A DNA stretch of 64,000 bases from Candidatus Margulisiibacteriota bacterium (GTDB taxonomy: Bacteria > Margulisbacteria > Marinamargulisbacteria > JBFWNS01). The notes beneath the pieces are model-generated. The model saw only the letters and a list, made by a program, of their open reading frames with translations, made no database searches and had not been told where the DNA came from. This document shows, piece after piece, positions 36,386 to 48,680 of the stretch (position 1 is the stretch's first letter; every line of letters begins with the position of its first letter). Where the stretch lies: positions 288,001 to 352,000 of the forward strand of contig JBFWNS010000001.1 of the NCBI GenBank assembly GCA_050250935.1. The letters are read 5' to 3'. A program made the position numbers and the translations under genes.

Positions 36386-37032
36386 TGTTGACTGGAAAAC
36401 AAAAAGCCCAAATTCTGTTGTCCCTTTTGGGTTCAAAAGCCCAAGACGTTCTAAGCTTATTGTCCCCCGAAAAAGCCCAACTGTTGACCACCATTATTGA
36501 GGACGCCCCAGAACCCAGTGCCAAAGAATTAAGCGCTTTGTCCGACGAAATTACCCAACGGGTTGGTGGAAACAAAAAGCCCATGCTTACGGGCGACTTG
36601 TCCAGCTCGTCATCTTCTCTTTTTTCTGGAGAAAGTTCGTTTGGGGCCTTTGATGCCGCACCCGAAGCCGAAGAACCAGAATCCCCTGTGGAATCCGGTC
36701 CCAAATTGCGCCCACTACCCGAAGTGGCTGCCCTGCTTTCCAAAGAAAAACCCCAGTTGATTGCCTTTATTTTGGGCAAAGTTGAAGAGCCCATCAAAGA
36801 GGAATTGCTCTCGTATTTACCCGACTATGTGTTGGCCGAAGTGCAAGCTCGCTCTGTGGATTCTTTCCCGCTTTCAGATGCGGTGTTTAAACAATTGTAC
36901 GACGCTATTTTTTATGCCCCAGAGATCCCCGAAGGCGAAGAGGCGCCAGCCGCAGAATCCAGTTCTACGGACTCGCCTTTTGCGTCCTCCTCGTCTTCGT
37001 CTATGTTTGATAGCGCACCGCTATTTAGCTAG
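36385..37032 (+). CDS. Truncated FliG-like protein (N and M domains only)
   Basis: LTGKQKAQILLSLLG (FliG-N) and LLSKEKPQLIAFIL (EHPQ-type M motif); only 215 aa, ending in a Ser-rich tail. Confidence 0.78.
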   Translation: MLTGKQKAQILLSLLGSKAQDVLSLLSPEKAQLLTTIIEDAPEPSAKELSALSDEITQRVGGNKKPMLTGDLSSSSSSLFSGESSFGAFDAAPEAEEPESPVESGPKLRPLPEVAALLSKEKPQLIAFILGKVEEPIKEELLSYLPDYVLAEVQARSVDSFPLSDAVFKQLYDAIFYAPEIPEGEEAPAAESSSTDSPFASSSSSSMFDSAPLFS

Positions 37033-37068
37033 GACTTTTCAGGGCCTCATTTTTAGAGAAGGAGTTTG

Positions 37069-38001
37069 ATGATGGAAAACGTTATTATTATCGGGTCTGG
37101 ACCCGCTGGGCACACTGCGGGCATTTATGCTGGGCGTGCCAACCTGAATCCCCTGATGTTTGAAGGGGAAATGGCCGGAGGTGTTGCCGCCGGCGGGCAA
37201 TTAACCACCACCACTGAAATTGAAAATTTCCCAGGCTATACCCACATTGGTGGATTGGAATTGATGCTGAAATTGCGGGAACAATCCGAAGCTTGTGGAA
37301 CCCGAATTGTCACCAAAACTGTCGACGAAGTGGATTTGTCTTCCCAGCCATTCAAGGTTCGGGTAGGCGACGAGATCCTCGAGACCAAAAGCCTGATTAT
37401 CGCAACCGGGGCCACGGCCAAACGCATGGGCATTCCCGGCGAAGATCTCCTTTGGCAAAAAGGGATTTCGGCTTGTGCGGTCTGCGATGGGGGCTTACCC
37501 ATTTTTCGAAATAAACCCTTGGTTGTGGTTGGCGGAGGCGACACCGCTTGCGAAGAAGCCACCTATTTGACCAAATTTGCCAGCGAGGTTTATTTGTTGG
37601 TGAGATCTGACAAAATGCGGGCCTCTAAAGTGATGCAAGACCGAACATTGGCCAACCCCAAAATTAAAATCTTGTGGCACACCATTGCACTAGAAGCCAT
37701 CGGCGAAGGGGTTCTGACCCACCTCAAAATCAAAAATACCCAGACCGGCGAAGAATCAACCTTGGCTGCCAATGGGTTGTTTTATGCCATTGGCCATACG
37801 CCCAACACCTGGTTTTTAAAAGATCAGCTGGATGTGGATGATGCCGGCTATATCCGTACAGTTCCGGGAACCACCCAAACCAGTGTGCCCGGTGTGTTTG
37901 CTGCAGGGGATGTTCAAGACCGGGTTTATCGCCAGGCCATTACCTCGGCAGGGACCGGTTGTATGGCGGCTTTGGAAGCCGAACGGTTTTTGGCGCACTA
38001 G
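37069..38001 (+). CDS. trxB: Thioredoxin reductase
   Basis: IIGSGPAG, GGQLTTTTEIENFPG, CAVCDG, GGGDTACEEA, AAGDVQD..RQAITSAG. Confidence 0.97.
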   Translation: MMENVIIIGSGPAGHTAGIYAGRANLNPLMFEGEMAGGVAAGGQLTTTTEIENFPGYTHIGGLELMLKLREQSEACGTRIVTKTVDEVDLSSQPFKVRVGDEILETKSLIIATGATAKRMGIPGEDLLWQKGISACAVCDGGLPIFRNKPLVVVGGGDTACEEATYLTKFASEVYLLVRSDKMRASKVMQDRTLANPKIKILWHTIALEAIGEGVLTHLKIKNTQTGEESTLAANGLFYAIGHTPNTWFLKDQLDVDDAGYIRTVPGTTQTSVPGVFAAGDVQDRVYRQAITSAGTGCMAALEAERFLAH

Positions 38002-39356
<1,355 letters not shown>

Positions 39357-39357
<1 letters not shown>

Positions 39358-40289
39358 TGTCGACTCAGATTTTTATCACAGGGGCGACGGGTTGCATTGG
39401 GCATTATGTCCTGGATCTGCTTAAGGACGACCCTAGCCTGACCCTACATTTGCTGTTGCGAGATCCGAAACGGTTGCGGTTTAATCCGGCCGACTACCCC
39501 AACATTCATCTGCATGTTGGCAATCTGGAAACCATCGAGAACCACGAAGCCATTTTAAAATCCGTGGATTATCTGATTCATATTGGCACCGATTGGAGCA
39601 ATTCCGACTATGCCATTAAGCTGAATGTCGAAAAAACCCATCAACTGTTTTCCTATTGTCACGAGGGGGTTTGTCAACGCATGGTGTATTTCTCAACGGC
39701 CAGCATTTTGGGCAAAAACAACCGCCCCATCCCCGAAGCCGAACGCTTTGGAACCGGCTATGTTAAATCGAAATACCTGGGCTACCAACACCTGCAAACC
39801 GCCCCCTACAAAGACAAGGTCGTCACCGTTTTTCCAACCTTGGTGTTTGGGGGAGACGCCCAACATCCATATTCGCACATCAGTTCTGGGGTGGTGCCCA
39901 ATGTACACTATTTGAACCTGTTGCGCTTTATTTATATGGACGCCCGCTTCCATTTTTCACATGCCAAAGACATCGCCGCTGTGGCCAAACATGTGCTCCT
40001 GAACCCCACCCCCAAACACGATTATGTGCTGGGCAATCCGGTGTTAACCGGCAAAAAAGCCATTGAAATTTTATGCAAAACCTTTGGGTATCGGATTTGG
40101 TTCCGCATTAAAATCAGTTTGGTTTTTGTGTTGAAACTGGCCCAATGGTTCCGAATCGAAGTGGGGCCTTGGGATCGGTTTTGTTTGGAAAACCCCTATT
40201 TTGAATACGAGACCGTTACCCCAGCCAGCTTTGGGCTTACCACGGCTTTTCCAACCTTGGAATCCGTGTTGGCCGACCTGAAGGCATGA
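39357..40289 (+). CDS. NAD-dependent epimerase/dehydratase (extended SDR)
   Basis: ITGATGCIG, YFSTAS, YVKSK (YxxxK), PTLVFGG. Confidence 0.82.
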
Positions 40290-41647
40290 GGGACTGGCAA
40301 AGCCGCCTCCTCCACGTGCTGGGCCCCTGTGTCCACTTTGACGAAAAGACCTGCCTTCGCTATGCCACCGATAAAAGTCCTGGGCTTTCGTATCGCCCGG
40401 AAGCGGTCGCTCTTCCTCAAACCCCTCTTCAGGTTCAACAGCTGCTGGACTTTGCCAACGCCGAAAATATGCCCTTGATTCCCCGGGGTGCCGGAACCGG
40501 AACCACCGGTGGTGCCTTGGCTGCCCACGGTGGCATTGTGGTGTCGATGGAAGCGATGAATCGGATTGTGGAAATTGATCCGATTAACCGTGTGGGGGTG
40601 GTAGAACCCGGGGTGATTACCGGCAATTTTCAGGCTGCTGTGGAAGCCCAAGGGTTGTTTTACCCCCCCGATCCGGCCAGTTTGGCCAAGTGCAGTTTGG
40701 GGGGCAATGTGGCCGAAAATGCTGGAGGACCACGGGCCGTTAAATATGGGGTTACCGGACAGTTTGTGTTGGGCCTGGCTGGTTTTTTTGGAGACGGTAC
40801 CCCCTTTCGTTTGGGCGGGAAACGCCTCAAGGATGTGGCCGGTTACGATATGATGCGCCTGTTGATTGGCAGCGAAGGAACCTTGGCCATTTTAACCGAA
40901 ATCACCTTTAAACTGCTGCCTTTCCCACCTTTTCGTCGGGTTTTCTTGGCAGGGTTTGAGGCCTATTCCGATGCCCTTTCGGCCCTGGCTTTGCTTCAAA
41001 AAACCGTTCAACCCTCGGCCATCGAACTGACAGACCAGCGGTGCCTTAGGGCTGTCGAAACCCAGATGGGACGACCCCTGCCCGGCTCTCAAACCCGGGT
41101 TCAATTGTTGATCGAGGTTGATGGATTTGATGAAAATCAAGTTCAAACCCATCTGACTACGGCTCTGGATTTAGCCAAAGCGTCCAATGCCACCGTGTTG
41201 GAACCCGCCCATTCCGAGGCCGATACCCAAGCCTTTTGGGCCCTAAGACGGGGGATTTCGGAGGCGCTTAAACAGCTTTGTCCGGCTAAGATTTCCCACG
41301 ACATTACCGTGCCCATTTCTGAAATTGAAGCCACCATGGCCTATTTGGAAACCCTCGAAACCCGCTTTGGGATTCCAGTGTTGGGCTATGGGCATTTGGG
41401 GGATGGCAATTTACACATTAATATTTTGCCCCAAAACCCCGAAACCGATCCGGTATATGCTGTTGTCGAGGCCTTGTTTGCCCATGTGGTGAAGGTGGGT
41501 GGAACCTTGTCTGGAGAACACGGCATCGGCTTATCCAAAAAGGCGTTTATGCCCTTGATGTTTTCCACAGAGATCTTGCAAAAAATGCAGGCTCTAAAAA
41601 CGGTTTTTGACCCAAAAAACATTTTAAATCCGGGCAAACTATTATAG
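40286..41647 (+). CDS. FAD-linked oxidase (GlcD/D-lactate dehydrogenase family)
   Basis: PRGAGTG, YPPDPAS, GGNVAENAGG..KYG, GSEGTL, HLGDGNLH, SGEHGIG, ILNPGK. Confidence 0.92.
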   Translation: MRDWQSRLLHVLGPCVHFDEKTCLRYATDKSPGLSYRPEAVALPQTPLQVQQLLDFANAENMPLIPRGAGTGTTGGALAAHGGIVVSMEAMNRIVEIDPINRVGVVEPGVITGNFQAAVEAQGLFYPPDPASLAKCSLGGNVAENAGGPRAVKYGVTGQFVLGLAGFFGDGTPFRLGGKRLKDVAGYDMMRLLIGSEGTLAILTEITFKLLPFPPFRRVFLAGFEAYSDALSALALLQKTVQPSAIELTDQRCLRAVETQMGRPLPGSQTRVQLLIEVDGFDENQVQTHLTTALDLAKASNATVLEPAHSEADTQAFWALRRGISEALKQLCPAKISHDITVPISEIEATMAYLETLETRFGIPVLGYGHLGDGNLHINILPQNPETDPVYAVVEALFAHVVKVGGTLSGEHGIGLSKKAFMPLMFSTEILQKMQALKTVFDPKNILNPGKLL

Positions 41648-41734
41648 ACTAAAGCGGTTCCCGACCGACATCCTTTTCAGACCAACCCGGACCCACCCAA
41701 GCCCAGCTGTTGGGCATCGTCCAGGCTCCCACAC

Positions 41735-44700
41735 ATGAAGTCAAAAGCAAAACAAACCCTCTCTTTTCTTGCCAAATATTCCACTTGGCTTATTTTGTCG
41801 CTGCTCTTTGCAACCCTAACTTTTGGGGCGTTTGTGTATCAAACTCAGATTCCCCAAGAAACCATTCGAAAATTGGTTCAAAAAGAGCTTAGTCGACAAT
41901 TCAAACGCGAAGTCACCATCGACCGTGTGTCTGGCAATTTGCTGTTCTCGGCAACATTAAAGGGCATTCGTTTTGCAGACAAAGACCGGGTCAAAAACGG
42001 TGTGGGTCTCGAAATTGGTGAATTAACGGCTCACTATAATTTGATTTCGGCGGTTCAACACAACGGCGATTTTGCAGCGGCCTCTTCGAAAGTAATGGTC
42101 AAAAATGTGATTTTGTTTGTCCACAGACAAGCCAATGACGACTGGAACGTGTTTCATTTTTTCCCTCCTCCAGAACCCCACATGCCACCGGGCGTCCCCA
42201 CTTTTACAGGGATTTTATTTGTGAACAATCTGGCCTTTAAATTTCAAGACGACAAAGGTTGGGGGGAAACCCAGCTTCAGAAACCCTTTACCGAAACCTT
42301 TGGCCGGTTCAAAGGGAGTTTTAATTTTTCTCATTTAAAACGGGTTCAACTTTCTTTAACCGGCGAAACGGCCAGCAACGAAGCCCCCATGACCCTTCAA
42401 GGGGTCTTTAATGCCTTTAATGGGCAATACGATTTAATGTTTAGCTTAACGCCAAAACTCGACCGATGGGCACCTTACGTGTTGCCCTATTCTGGGTTTT
42501 CGATTACCCAAGAAAGTCCGTTTATTGTGGGCCATGTTAAATCCAAAGAATTGGCAGATCCCGCCGAAATTCCATTTTGGTACGATTTGACGGTTCATTT
42601 GGACAACAACACCCTTAAACTCGCCGCAGTCCCCTTACCCATTACCCAACTTAAAGCCGATGTTCATTTGTATAACAACCAATTGGATCCCTTGGATTTG
42701 AATGCCGTGGTTTCCGCCGAGGAGGCAACGTCGCTGATCTCTCGGTTAAAGGCCTTAAGGGTTTTAAACCAAGATGGCCGGCTGCTGCGCTACAAACTGG
42801 CCGAATTAAAAGACCTTCCGCTTTGGAAAAGCCTTCTGTCTTCTGAACAACAAAAAGCCATTGTTCACCGTCTGGTTTTCAGTAAAGGTCATATTGATAT
42901 CCAATCGGCATCGGGAAAAGTGGATGCCATTCCGCTTCAGGCCCAGGGGAGTTTATATGCCGAAAGCCAATCCATTAGTCTGAATATTAAGGCCAAGGCC
43001 TTTGATCTGGAGGCCCTTAAGCGGGTTTTCCCGGCTTTGAATCGCTATACCTTTTCGGGCCGAGGGGAAAGCCAATTTCGCTTGAACGGCCGTTTGGATG
43101 ACCCCAAAATCAGTGGCGCGTTGGATCTGTATACAGCCGAGATTTATACAGTGAGTGTTCCGTCTGCCAAGGTTCATTTCGAGTTTGGGTCCTCCCTATT
43201 TCAATTCAAAACAGACCCCGTTGCCTGTCTTTCGGGGCAAGCAAAAATTGAAGGGCGCTTTTATACAACTGGGGCCAATAACATGAGTCTGACGGCCACT
43301 GGGCAACACCTGTCTGTTGCTGATCTTGGGCTGCGCCAGATTCCCATTTCTGGGTTTGCCGATGTGAACCTGACCCTGACCCAGGGCCAAGAAGGGTACA
43401 CGGTTGCCTTCAAAACCACCTTACCCGATGTCCGGCTTTATCAACAAAATCTGCAACACCTGTCTGGAACGCTTCTGCTGAGACCCGATGATAGTCTGAT
43501 TATTTCTGGACTGGATCTGGGCCTAAACGACACCGGGGTTTTGCACCTGTCTGGCTCGCTTCAACCCAACAACGCTTTTACCCTTCAGTTTCAGGGTCAG
43601 GGCATCCCCCTTAAGGATGTAGATCCCACACACGAGCACAACAAATCAGGGCTGCTAACCCTTAAGGGGCAACTTTCTGGGGTTTTAAATCAGGCCTTCT
43701 GGGCGAATCCCTGGGAAAACCTTCAGGGAAGTGTTCAATCCAACCTGACGGATTACCGGTTCTTTGAACAACCCATCGATACCCTGGATTTGGATCTGTC
43801 TTTTGCCAACCACAGCATCGTTGTCCGAGAGTTTAGGGCCAAACACGGTCCAGAACTTTTGGCCATTACCGGAGACTTCGAAGGTCTAGAACCCAGGTCC
43901 ATTTCGGTGGTGGTTCAATCGTTGAATTTGAATCGATCCAAATGGATTCAACGGCAGCTGCCAGACGTGATCAAACCCTTTGGTGGCGACATCAGTGCCA
44001 AACTGTCCATTACCAAAAAATCCAGGCCCGGAACCGCTGTAGCCAATTGGCATTGGATGGGGCGCTATGCCATTCAAGGTCAGGCCTCTTTAACCCATAC
44101 CCTGTTCCAAAGCCAACCGCTTTCAACCCTGAACGCCACCTTGAACTGGGATGGCAATGCCTTGACCCTTTCGGATGCGATGCTTAAACACGGGAAATCC
44201 ACCATTTTGTTGGCTGGCCGAATCCAAGCTGATCAACGTTTGGATTTAACCCTTCGCCCTGGCTCTGTGGTTGTGTTGGATGATTTTCCAGTGCTGACCT
44301 CGAGTTTTGGGTATTTTTCTGGGCAAGTGGCCGTAGACGGTCGTCTCTCTGGCACCTGGCGCGATCCTGATGTTGAACTTAATATTGTTGGAAAACAGCT
44401 TCACACCAATCACATTGTCCTTGACGAGGCCGTGGGCAAAATTGTGTACAACCGCCACAAATTGTCTTCGCCACAGTTCACCCTTAAGCGAGGGGATAAC
44501 GACTATGGATTTAGCGGTTATATCGACCTGAGTCCCCTTCTGTTTGGCCGTAACTTGGGCCCTCAAGCTTGGGACTACAAATTGTCTGTTGGGGTCAACA
44601 AAGCCGATTTGGGAATCTTGTCCGAACTGATCGAATCGATTTACAAAGAGGTTAAAAGCCACCGAGAAGCCCCAGCCATAGCCACCGAGGCCATTCCCAA

Positions 44701-46969
44701 TGCCAACACCACCCCGGCTACTGGAATGGTCATCACCTCGCCGTTGCAAAAAGATCCCTTAACGCCATTGTACAGCTTGGTGAATACGGGAGCCGTTTCG
44801 GCTTACTATCAGGCTTTGGCCAACAAAAAAACGTCCGAAGACAACCCCGAAGAATTGGGACTCAAAAACCTGATCCGTGGCAGCCTAAGCGGGACTTTTG
44901 TGATGGAGTCTCATCAACAACTCACCCCCACTTTGACGGCCGACCTGTCCTTAACCGACGCCTCGATTTCATTTTTATCGGCTCAAAAACTCGAGCTCAC
45001 CATTCACAGCGATGGGTCGGGCACCCAATGGACCTTGGGGATGGACAACGGCCGTATTGGGGCCAAAGATTTCCAGAATTTTTCGGGCAATGGCACCTTT
45101 GATCAGAACGGGGTTCTGTTTATTCAAAAAGGCAGCATCACGGCCGACCAACGGCCAAACCCCCGGTTTCTTCAGGGTCGAATCCCCTTGGCCGGACTTT
45201 GGGACAAAACCAGAGCCGAGGATCTGATGTCGGTTGAAGTGGTCTTAGAGGGGAATAACATCAGTGTTTTGACCTTGTTTAACGACACCGTTAAAGACAT
45301 TACCAACGACGGACGTGTGGTGTTGGATATTGGGGGGAGTTTGGCCAAACCCCTGATTAGCGCCCGGGAAATCACCCTAAAAAATGCCGCCATCACCTTT
45401 AGCGAGGATACCTATATGCGATCGCCATTGCGCATCGCTCAGGCCTCTTTAACCCTGGTGAACAACCACCTGATGATTCCAGCCACCACCATCGAGTGGC
45501 GTGGGATCGATACCAAATTTTTCCTGACTGCCCAAGAACGGCTAAACACCTTTGTGGTTTCTGGGGCCGTGGATTTTAACGATTTAACCTTAATTGATCC
45601 CGAACAACTTCGAATTGGCCTGGACTTGGCGCTTCAAGATACGTTTATTACCTTGAACTTTCCAAAGGTGTATAACGGCGATGTGAAATTGTCGAACATT
45701 CGGGTTAAAGGCATTTATACCGTCGGCATTTCAGACACGGCCAAGCTGGCTTTGCGCAAACAGCTGCAAACCGAAAGGGAATCGGGACCTGTGATCTCTG
45801 GCTATATTGAGCTTAGTACCGGCGAAGTCATTTTGCCTTCTGTGGGCAGCAAGACCCTGAAACCGCCCTTTATGTTGGATTTAACCTGTATGGTTCGAAG
45901 CAGTATTTATGTGGGGGGCAGCTTGTTGGGAGAAGGCTTTTTTGAAGGGGTCGCCAATTCGTTTAATCTGGCCCTTAACGAAACTTCGGATCCCCTTTTG
46001 GTTGGCGGAACCATTAATGCCCCACGAATTCGCAATAAAATCACCTTTAGCGATGGGGGGGTTAATTTGTTTAACCGAGGCTTCGATTTGTTAACCACGG
46101 ACCGCCAACGCCTGTTTTATTCCGAGCAATACCGCATTCATCCCAATACCCTGTCTTTTGTAACCCGTACCGAGAAAAACTCGGAAAAACTGGAACTGAT
46201 TCCGATGTTGGATATTGTGGCGATCTCTGTGATTCCGCCCTATCAAAAATCCAGCACGGTCTCGGACAACACCCAAGTCGGTCCCAAACCTGCCGACACC
46301 TATAAGGCCGTCTTGGTCTCGTTTAATGGGTCGGTGTACAACCTAGACACCATTGCCTTTGAAGAATACAACATGACGGCAGAAGACCCCTTTCAGGGAT
46401 CGCCCAAATACCAAAATACCTATACCATCAGCGGCTCGTCTGGAGCCTCCAAAGACCTGTCTTCTGTGGTTCGACTTTTGTTTCCCAATCTGGTTCAAAG
46501 CAGTACCGATAGCCAAGAGGCCGAAGGGGATCAAAAAACCAAACGCATCATCAACGAAGTGGGCGAAAATCAAATTAACACCCTGGTGCGGCGGCAATTT
46601 TTACGCCCCATAGAAAAACAAATCGCCAAAAATGTGGGACTCTACGACTTGCGGGTCGACTATAATGTTGGGGGCGCCCTGCTTAAACAGGTGTCAAATG
46701 TCTCGGGGTATTCGGGCTTGGGATCAGACCAAAACAACGTGGCCGTGAACATGATTAGCCAGCTGTCTGAACCCTTGTTTTTGCGGGTTCGCACCGACTT
46801 CGATTCTTCGGCCGATAACCGTGTGGCCAAAAATGCCCTTCGTGTTTCAGAGGTTGAATTGACCTATTATTTGCTTCGAAATCTGACCGTGAACTATGCC
46901 AATATTCAGGACCCCGTGGACCTTACCATTCGACCCAAGGTTTCGGTAAAATACAGCTATGAATTTTAA
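41735..46969 (+). CDS. TamB/AsmA-like large periplasm-spanning protein
   Basis: 1744 aa, N-terminal TM anchor, repetitive beta-strand pattern, C-terminal VKYSYEF; overlaps an Omp85 gene. Confidence 0.75.
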   Translation: MKSKAKQTLSFLAKYSTWLILSLLFATLTFGAFVYQTQIPQETIRKLVQKELSRQFKREVTIDRVSGNLLFSATLKGIRFADKDRVKNGVGLEIGELTAHYNLISAVQHNGDFAAASSKVMVKNVILFVHRQANDDWNVFHFFPPPEPHMPPGVPTFTGILFVNNLAFKFQDDKGWGETQLQKPFTETFGRFKGSFNFSHLKRVQLSLTGETASNEAPMTLQGVFNAFNGQYDLMFSLTPKLDRWAPYVLPYSGFSITQESPFIVGHVKSKELADPAEIPFWYDLTVHLDNNTLKLAAVPLPITQLKADVHLYNNQLDPLDLNAVVSAEEATSLISRLKALRVLNQDGRLLRYKLAELKDLPLWKSLLSSEQQKAIVHRLVFSKGHIDIQSASGKVDAIPLQAQGSLYAESQSISLNIKAKAFDLEALKRVFPALNRYTFSGRGESQFRLNGRLDDPKISGALDLYTAEIYTVSVPSAKVHFEFGSSLFQFKTDPVACLSGQAKIEGRFYTTGANNMSLTATGQHLSVADLGLRQIPISGFADVNLTLTQGQEGYTVAFKTTLPDVRLYQQNLQHLSGTLLLRPDDSLIISGLDLGLNDTGVLHLSGSLQPNNAFTLQFQGQGIPLKDVDPTHEHNKSGLLTLKGQLSGVLNQAFWANPWENLQGSVQSNLTDYRFFEQPIDTLDLDLSFANHSIVVREFRAKHGPELLAITGDFEGLEPRSISVVVQSLNLNRSKWIQRQLPDVIKPFGGDISAKLSITKKSRPGTAVANWHWMGRYAIQGQASLTHTLFQSQPLSTLNATLNWDGNALTLSDAMLKHGKSTILLAGRIQADQRLDLTLRPGSVVVLDDFPVLTSSFGYFSGQVAVDGRLSGTWRDPDVELNIVGKQLHTNHIVLDEAVGKIVYNRHKLSSPQFTLKRGDNDYGFSGYIDLSPLLFGRNLGPQAWDYKLSVGVNKADLGILSELIESIYKEVKSHREAPAIATEAIPNANTTPATGMVITSPLQKDPLTPLYSLVNTGAVSAYYQALANKKTSEDNPEELGLKNLIRGSLSGTFVMESHQQLTPTLTADLSLTDASISFLSAQKLELTIHSDGSGTQWTLGMDNGRIGAKDFQNFSGNGTFDQNGVLFIQKGSITADQRPNPRFLQGRIPLAGLWDKTRAEDLMSVEVVLEGNNISVLTLFNDTVKDITNDGRVVLDIGGSLAKPLISAREITLKNAAITFSEDTYMRSPLRIAQASLTLVNNHLMIPATTIEWRGIDTKFFLTAQERLNTFVVSGAVDFNDLTLIDPEQLRIGLDLALQDTFITLNFPKVYNGDVKLSNIRVKGIYTVGISDTAKLALRKQLQTERESGPVISGYIELSTGEVILPSVGSKTLKPPFMLDLTCMVRSSIYVGGSLLGEGFFEGVANSFNLALNETSDPLLVGGTINAPRIRNKITFSDGGVNLFNRGFDLLTTDRQRLFYSEQYRIHPNTLSFVTRTEKNSEKLELIPMLDIVAISVIPPYQKSSTVSDNTQVGPKPADTYKAVLVSFNGSVYNLDTIAFEEYNMTAEDPFQGSPKYQNTYTISGSSGASKDLSSVVRLLFPNLVQSSTDSQEAEGDQKTKRIINEVGENQINTLVRRQFLRPIEKQIAKNVGLYDLRVDYNVGGALLKQVSNVSGYSGLGSDQNNVAVNMISQLSEPLFLRVRTDFDSSADNRVAKNALRVSEVELTYYLLRNLTVNYANIQDPVDLTIRPKVSVKYSYEF

Positions 46970-48680
46970 ACACCGCTTCTTTTTTATGCTTGGTTTTGTT
47001 CTTTGGGTCATGGTCATCGACCCTGTGGCTGTCCTGGCCCAAACCGATTTTAATCACCCCGTATTTGCCATTCGACTGCCTGGGCTTACCGCTGTTTCAG
47101 AAAATGCCCTTATCCCCTCTTTAAGCACCAAAGTAGGCCGAAAAACCAATGCCTTTAACCTAAAACGGGATATTGAAACCTTGTTTTTAACAGGATTATT
47201 TCGCCAAGTTGAAGCCAACCCTGTGGTGTCTAACAATGTTCTGACCCTCGATTTTGTGGTGAATGAAAACCCTACCGTATCGGCCATTGTGTTTGAGGGA
47301 AACACGGTTTTTTCAAGTGAGACTTTACGGCCGCTGATCCAAAACCGTCCCGGCATGGTTTTGAATATTCGCTCGATTGAAACCGATAAGACGGCTCTGG
47401 AAACCTGGTACCGTGACCACGGCTACGACCTGTTTGTTGTGGTAGATATCAGTTTGGATGCCGATCGGGTGTTGCATTATCATCTGCAAGAAGGCCGTAT
47501 TGGAAAAATTTTGTTTGTGGGCATCGATCAAGTCCGGGCCTTTGTGTTGGATCGGGAATTGGTCACCCAACCCGATACTGTATTTAATTCCAAAACCTTG
47601 CGGGAAGACCGAGACCGCTTGCTGCGTTTGGGCTATTTTTCGGATGTTTCCCCGCCCATTTTGCAAGAAAGTTTGGATAAAACCAAACCCAATATTGTGT
47701 TTAAAGTCCAAGAAAAAAAGCTCAATTTGATGGATTTTGGGATAGAACAAGAGCGGGACATCGTGGTTGCCTTTGCAAAATTGGACCTTCAACAACGCCT
47801 GATTCCCAGCGATTTTACCCGGCTTAAAGTTCAGTCCGACTATCAATATGGCCGTGTCGGCATTCGAAGCTATTCCTTAAGTTATCTGCAACCTTGGTTT
47901 TTGAATTGGATCCCCGTTAGCTTTGCCACCGATGCTTGGAACGAACTTAAACAAGAATATTTGGTTGATAAATCCACCAATACACGAAGCTTGAAGGACA
48001 ACAAACGCACGGGCTACGACGTGATCTTGGGTGTACCCCTGATTCGAGACCGCATGACCCTGAGCTCCAAGTTCAAAAGTGAGTCTGTTTCTATTATTCA
48101 AAGCGATGGCTCCTATGCCCCCTACTACGATATTCGAACCTTGGGCTTGGCCTTAAGCTATCGTCAATTGGACGACAAAAACAACCCTAAATCGGGACTT
48201 GCTTGGAGCCTCGAAGGCGAAAAAGGCGGCTACATTGCTGGGCTCAATTTGGGGGGACTCACCTTTACCCGGACCAGTGCCGAAACCATTTTGTTTTTGA
48301 AACAGTCCGATGTGGATACCTTGGGATTTCATTTGGCCGGGGGCATGATTTTTGGAGCTTCCTCGATCAGCACTTTCGAAACCGATAGTTTCGAGCTGGG
48401 GGGTGCCGCATCGTTACGGGGCTATAAAGAAACCAATCCCTTTACAGGTAGCCGAAAGATTTTGGCCAATATCGAATACCGCCACGATTTTAACCCCGTT
48501 ATTCAAGGGGTTCTGTTTTATGATGTGGGGCAGGCCTTTTCGACAGGGGCTGTTCCGTATCCCCTACACCAAGGCTATGGGTTTGGCACCCGGTTTTTTA
48601 CCCCCATTGGCGCCTTAAGATTCGATCTGGCTTGGGGTGAGGCCTTTATGATCCATTTTGGATTGGGCCAAGTTTTCTAG
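46959..48680 (+). CDS. Omp85-family (TamA/BamA-like) outer-membrane protein
   Basis: Signal peptide, POTRA-like repeats, LGGAASLRGY, GYGFGTRFFTPIGALRFDLA, terminal GLGQVF. Confidence 0.9.
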   Translation: MNFKHRFFFMLGFVLWVMVIDPVAVLAQTDFNHPVFAIRLPGLTAVSENALIPSLSTKVGRKTNAFNLKRDIETLFLTGLFRQVEANPVVSNNVLTLDFVVNENPTVSAIVFEGNTVFSSETLRPLIQNRPGMVLNIRSIETDKTALETWYRDHGYDLFVVVDISLDADRVLHYHLQEGRIGKILFVGIDQVRAFVLDRELVTQPDTVFNSKTLREDRDRLLRLGYFSDVSPPILQESLDKTKPNIVFKVQEKKLNLMDFGIEQERDIVVAFAKLDLQQRLIPSDFTRLKVQSDYQYGRVGIRSYSLSYLQPWFLNWIPVSFATDAWNELKQEYLVDKSTNTRSLKDNKRTGYDVILGVPLIRDRMTLSSKFKSESVSIIQSDGSYAPYYDIRTLGLALSYRQLDDKNNPKSGLAWSLEGEKGGYIAGLNLGGLTFTRTSAETILFLKQSDVDTLGFHLAGGMIFGASSISTFETDSFELGGAASLRGYKETNPFTGSRKILANIEYRHDFNPVIQGVLFYDVGQAFSTGAVPYPLHQGYGFGTRFFTPIGALRFDLAWGEAFMIHFGLGQVF

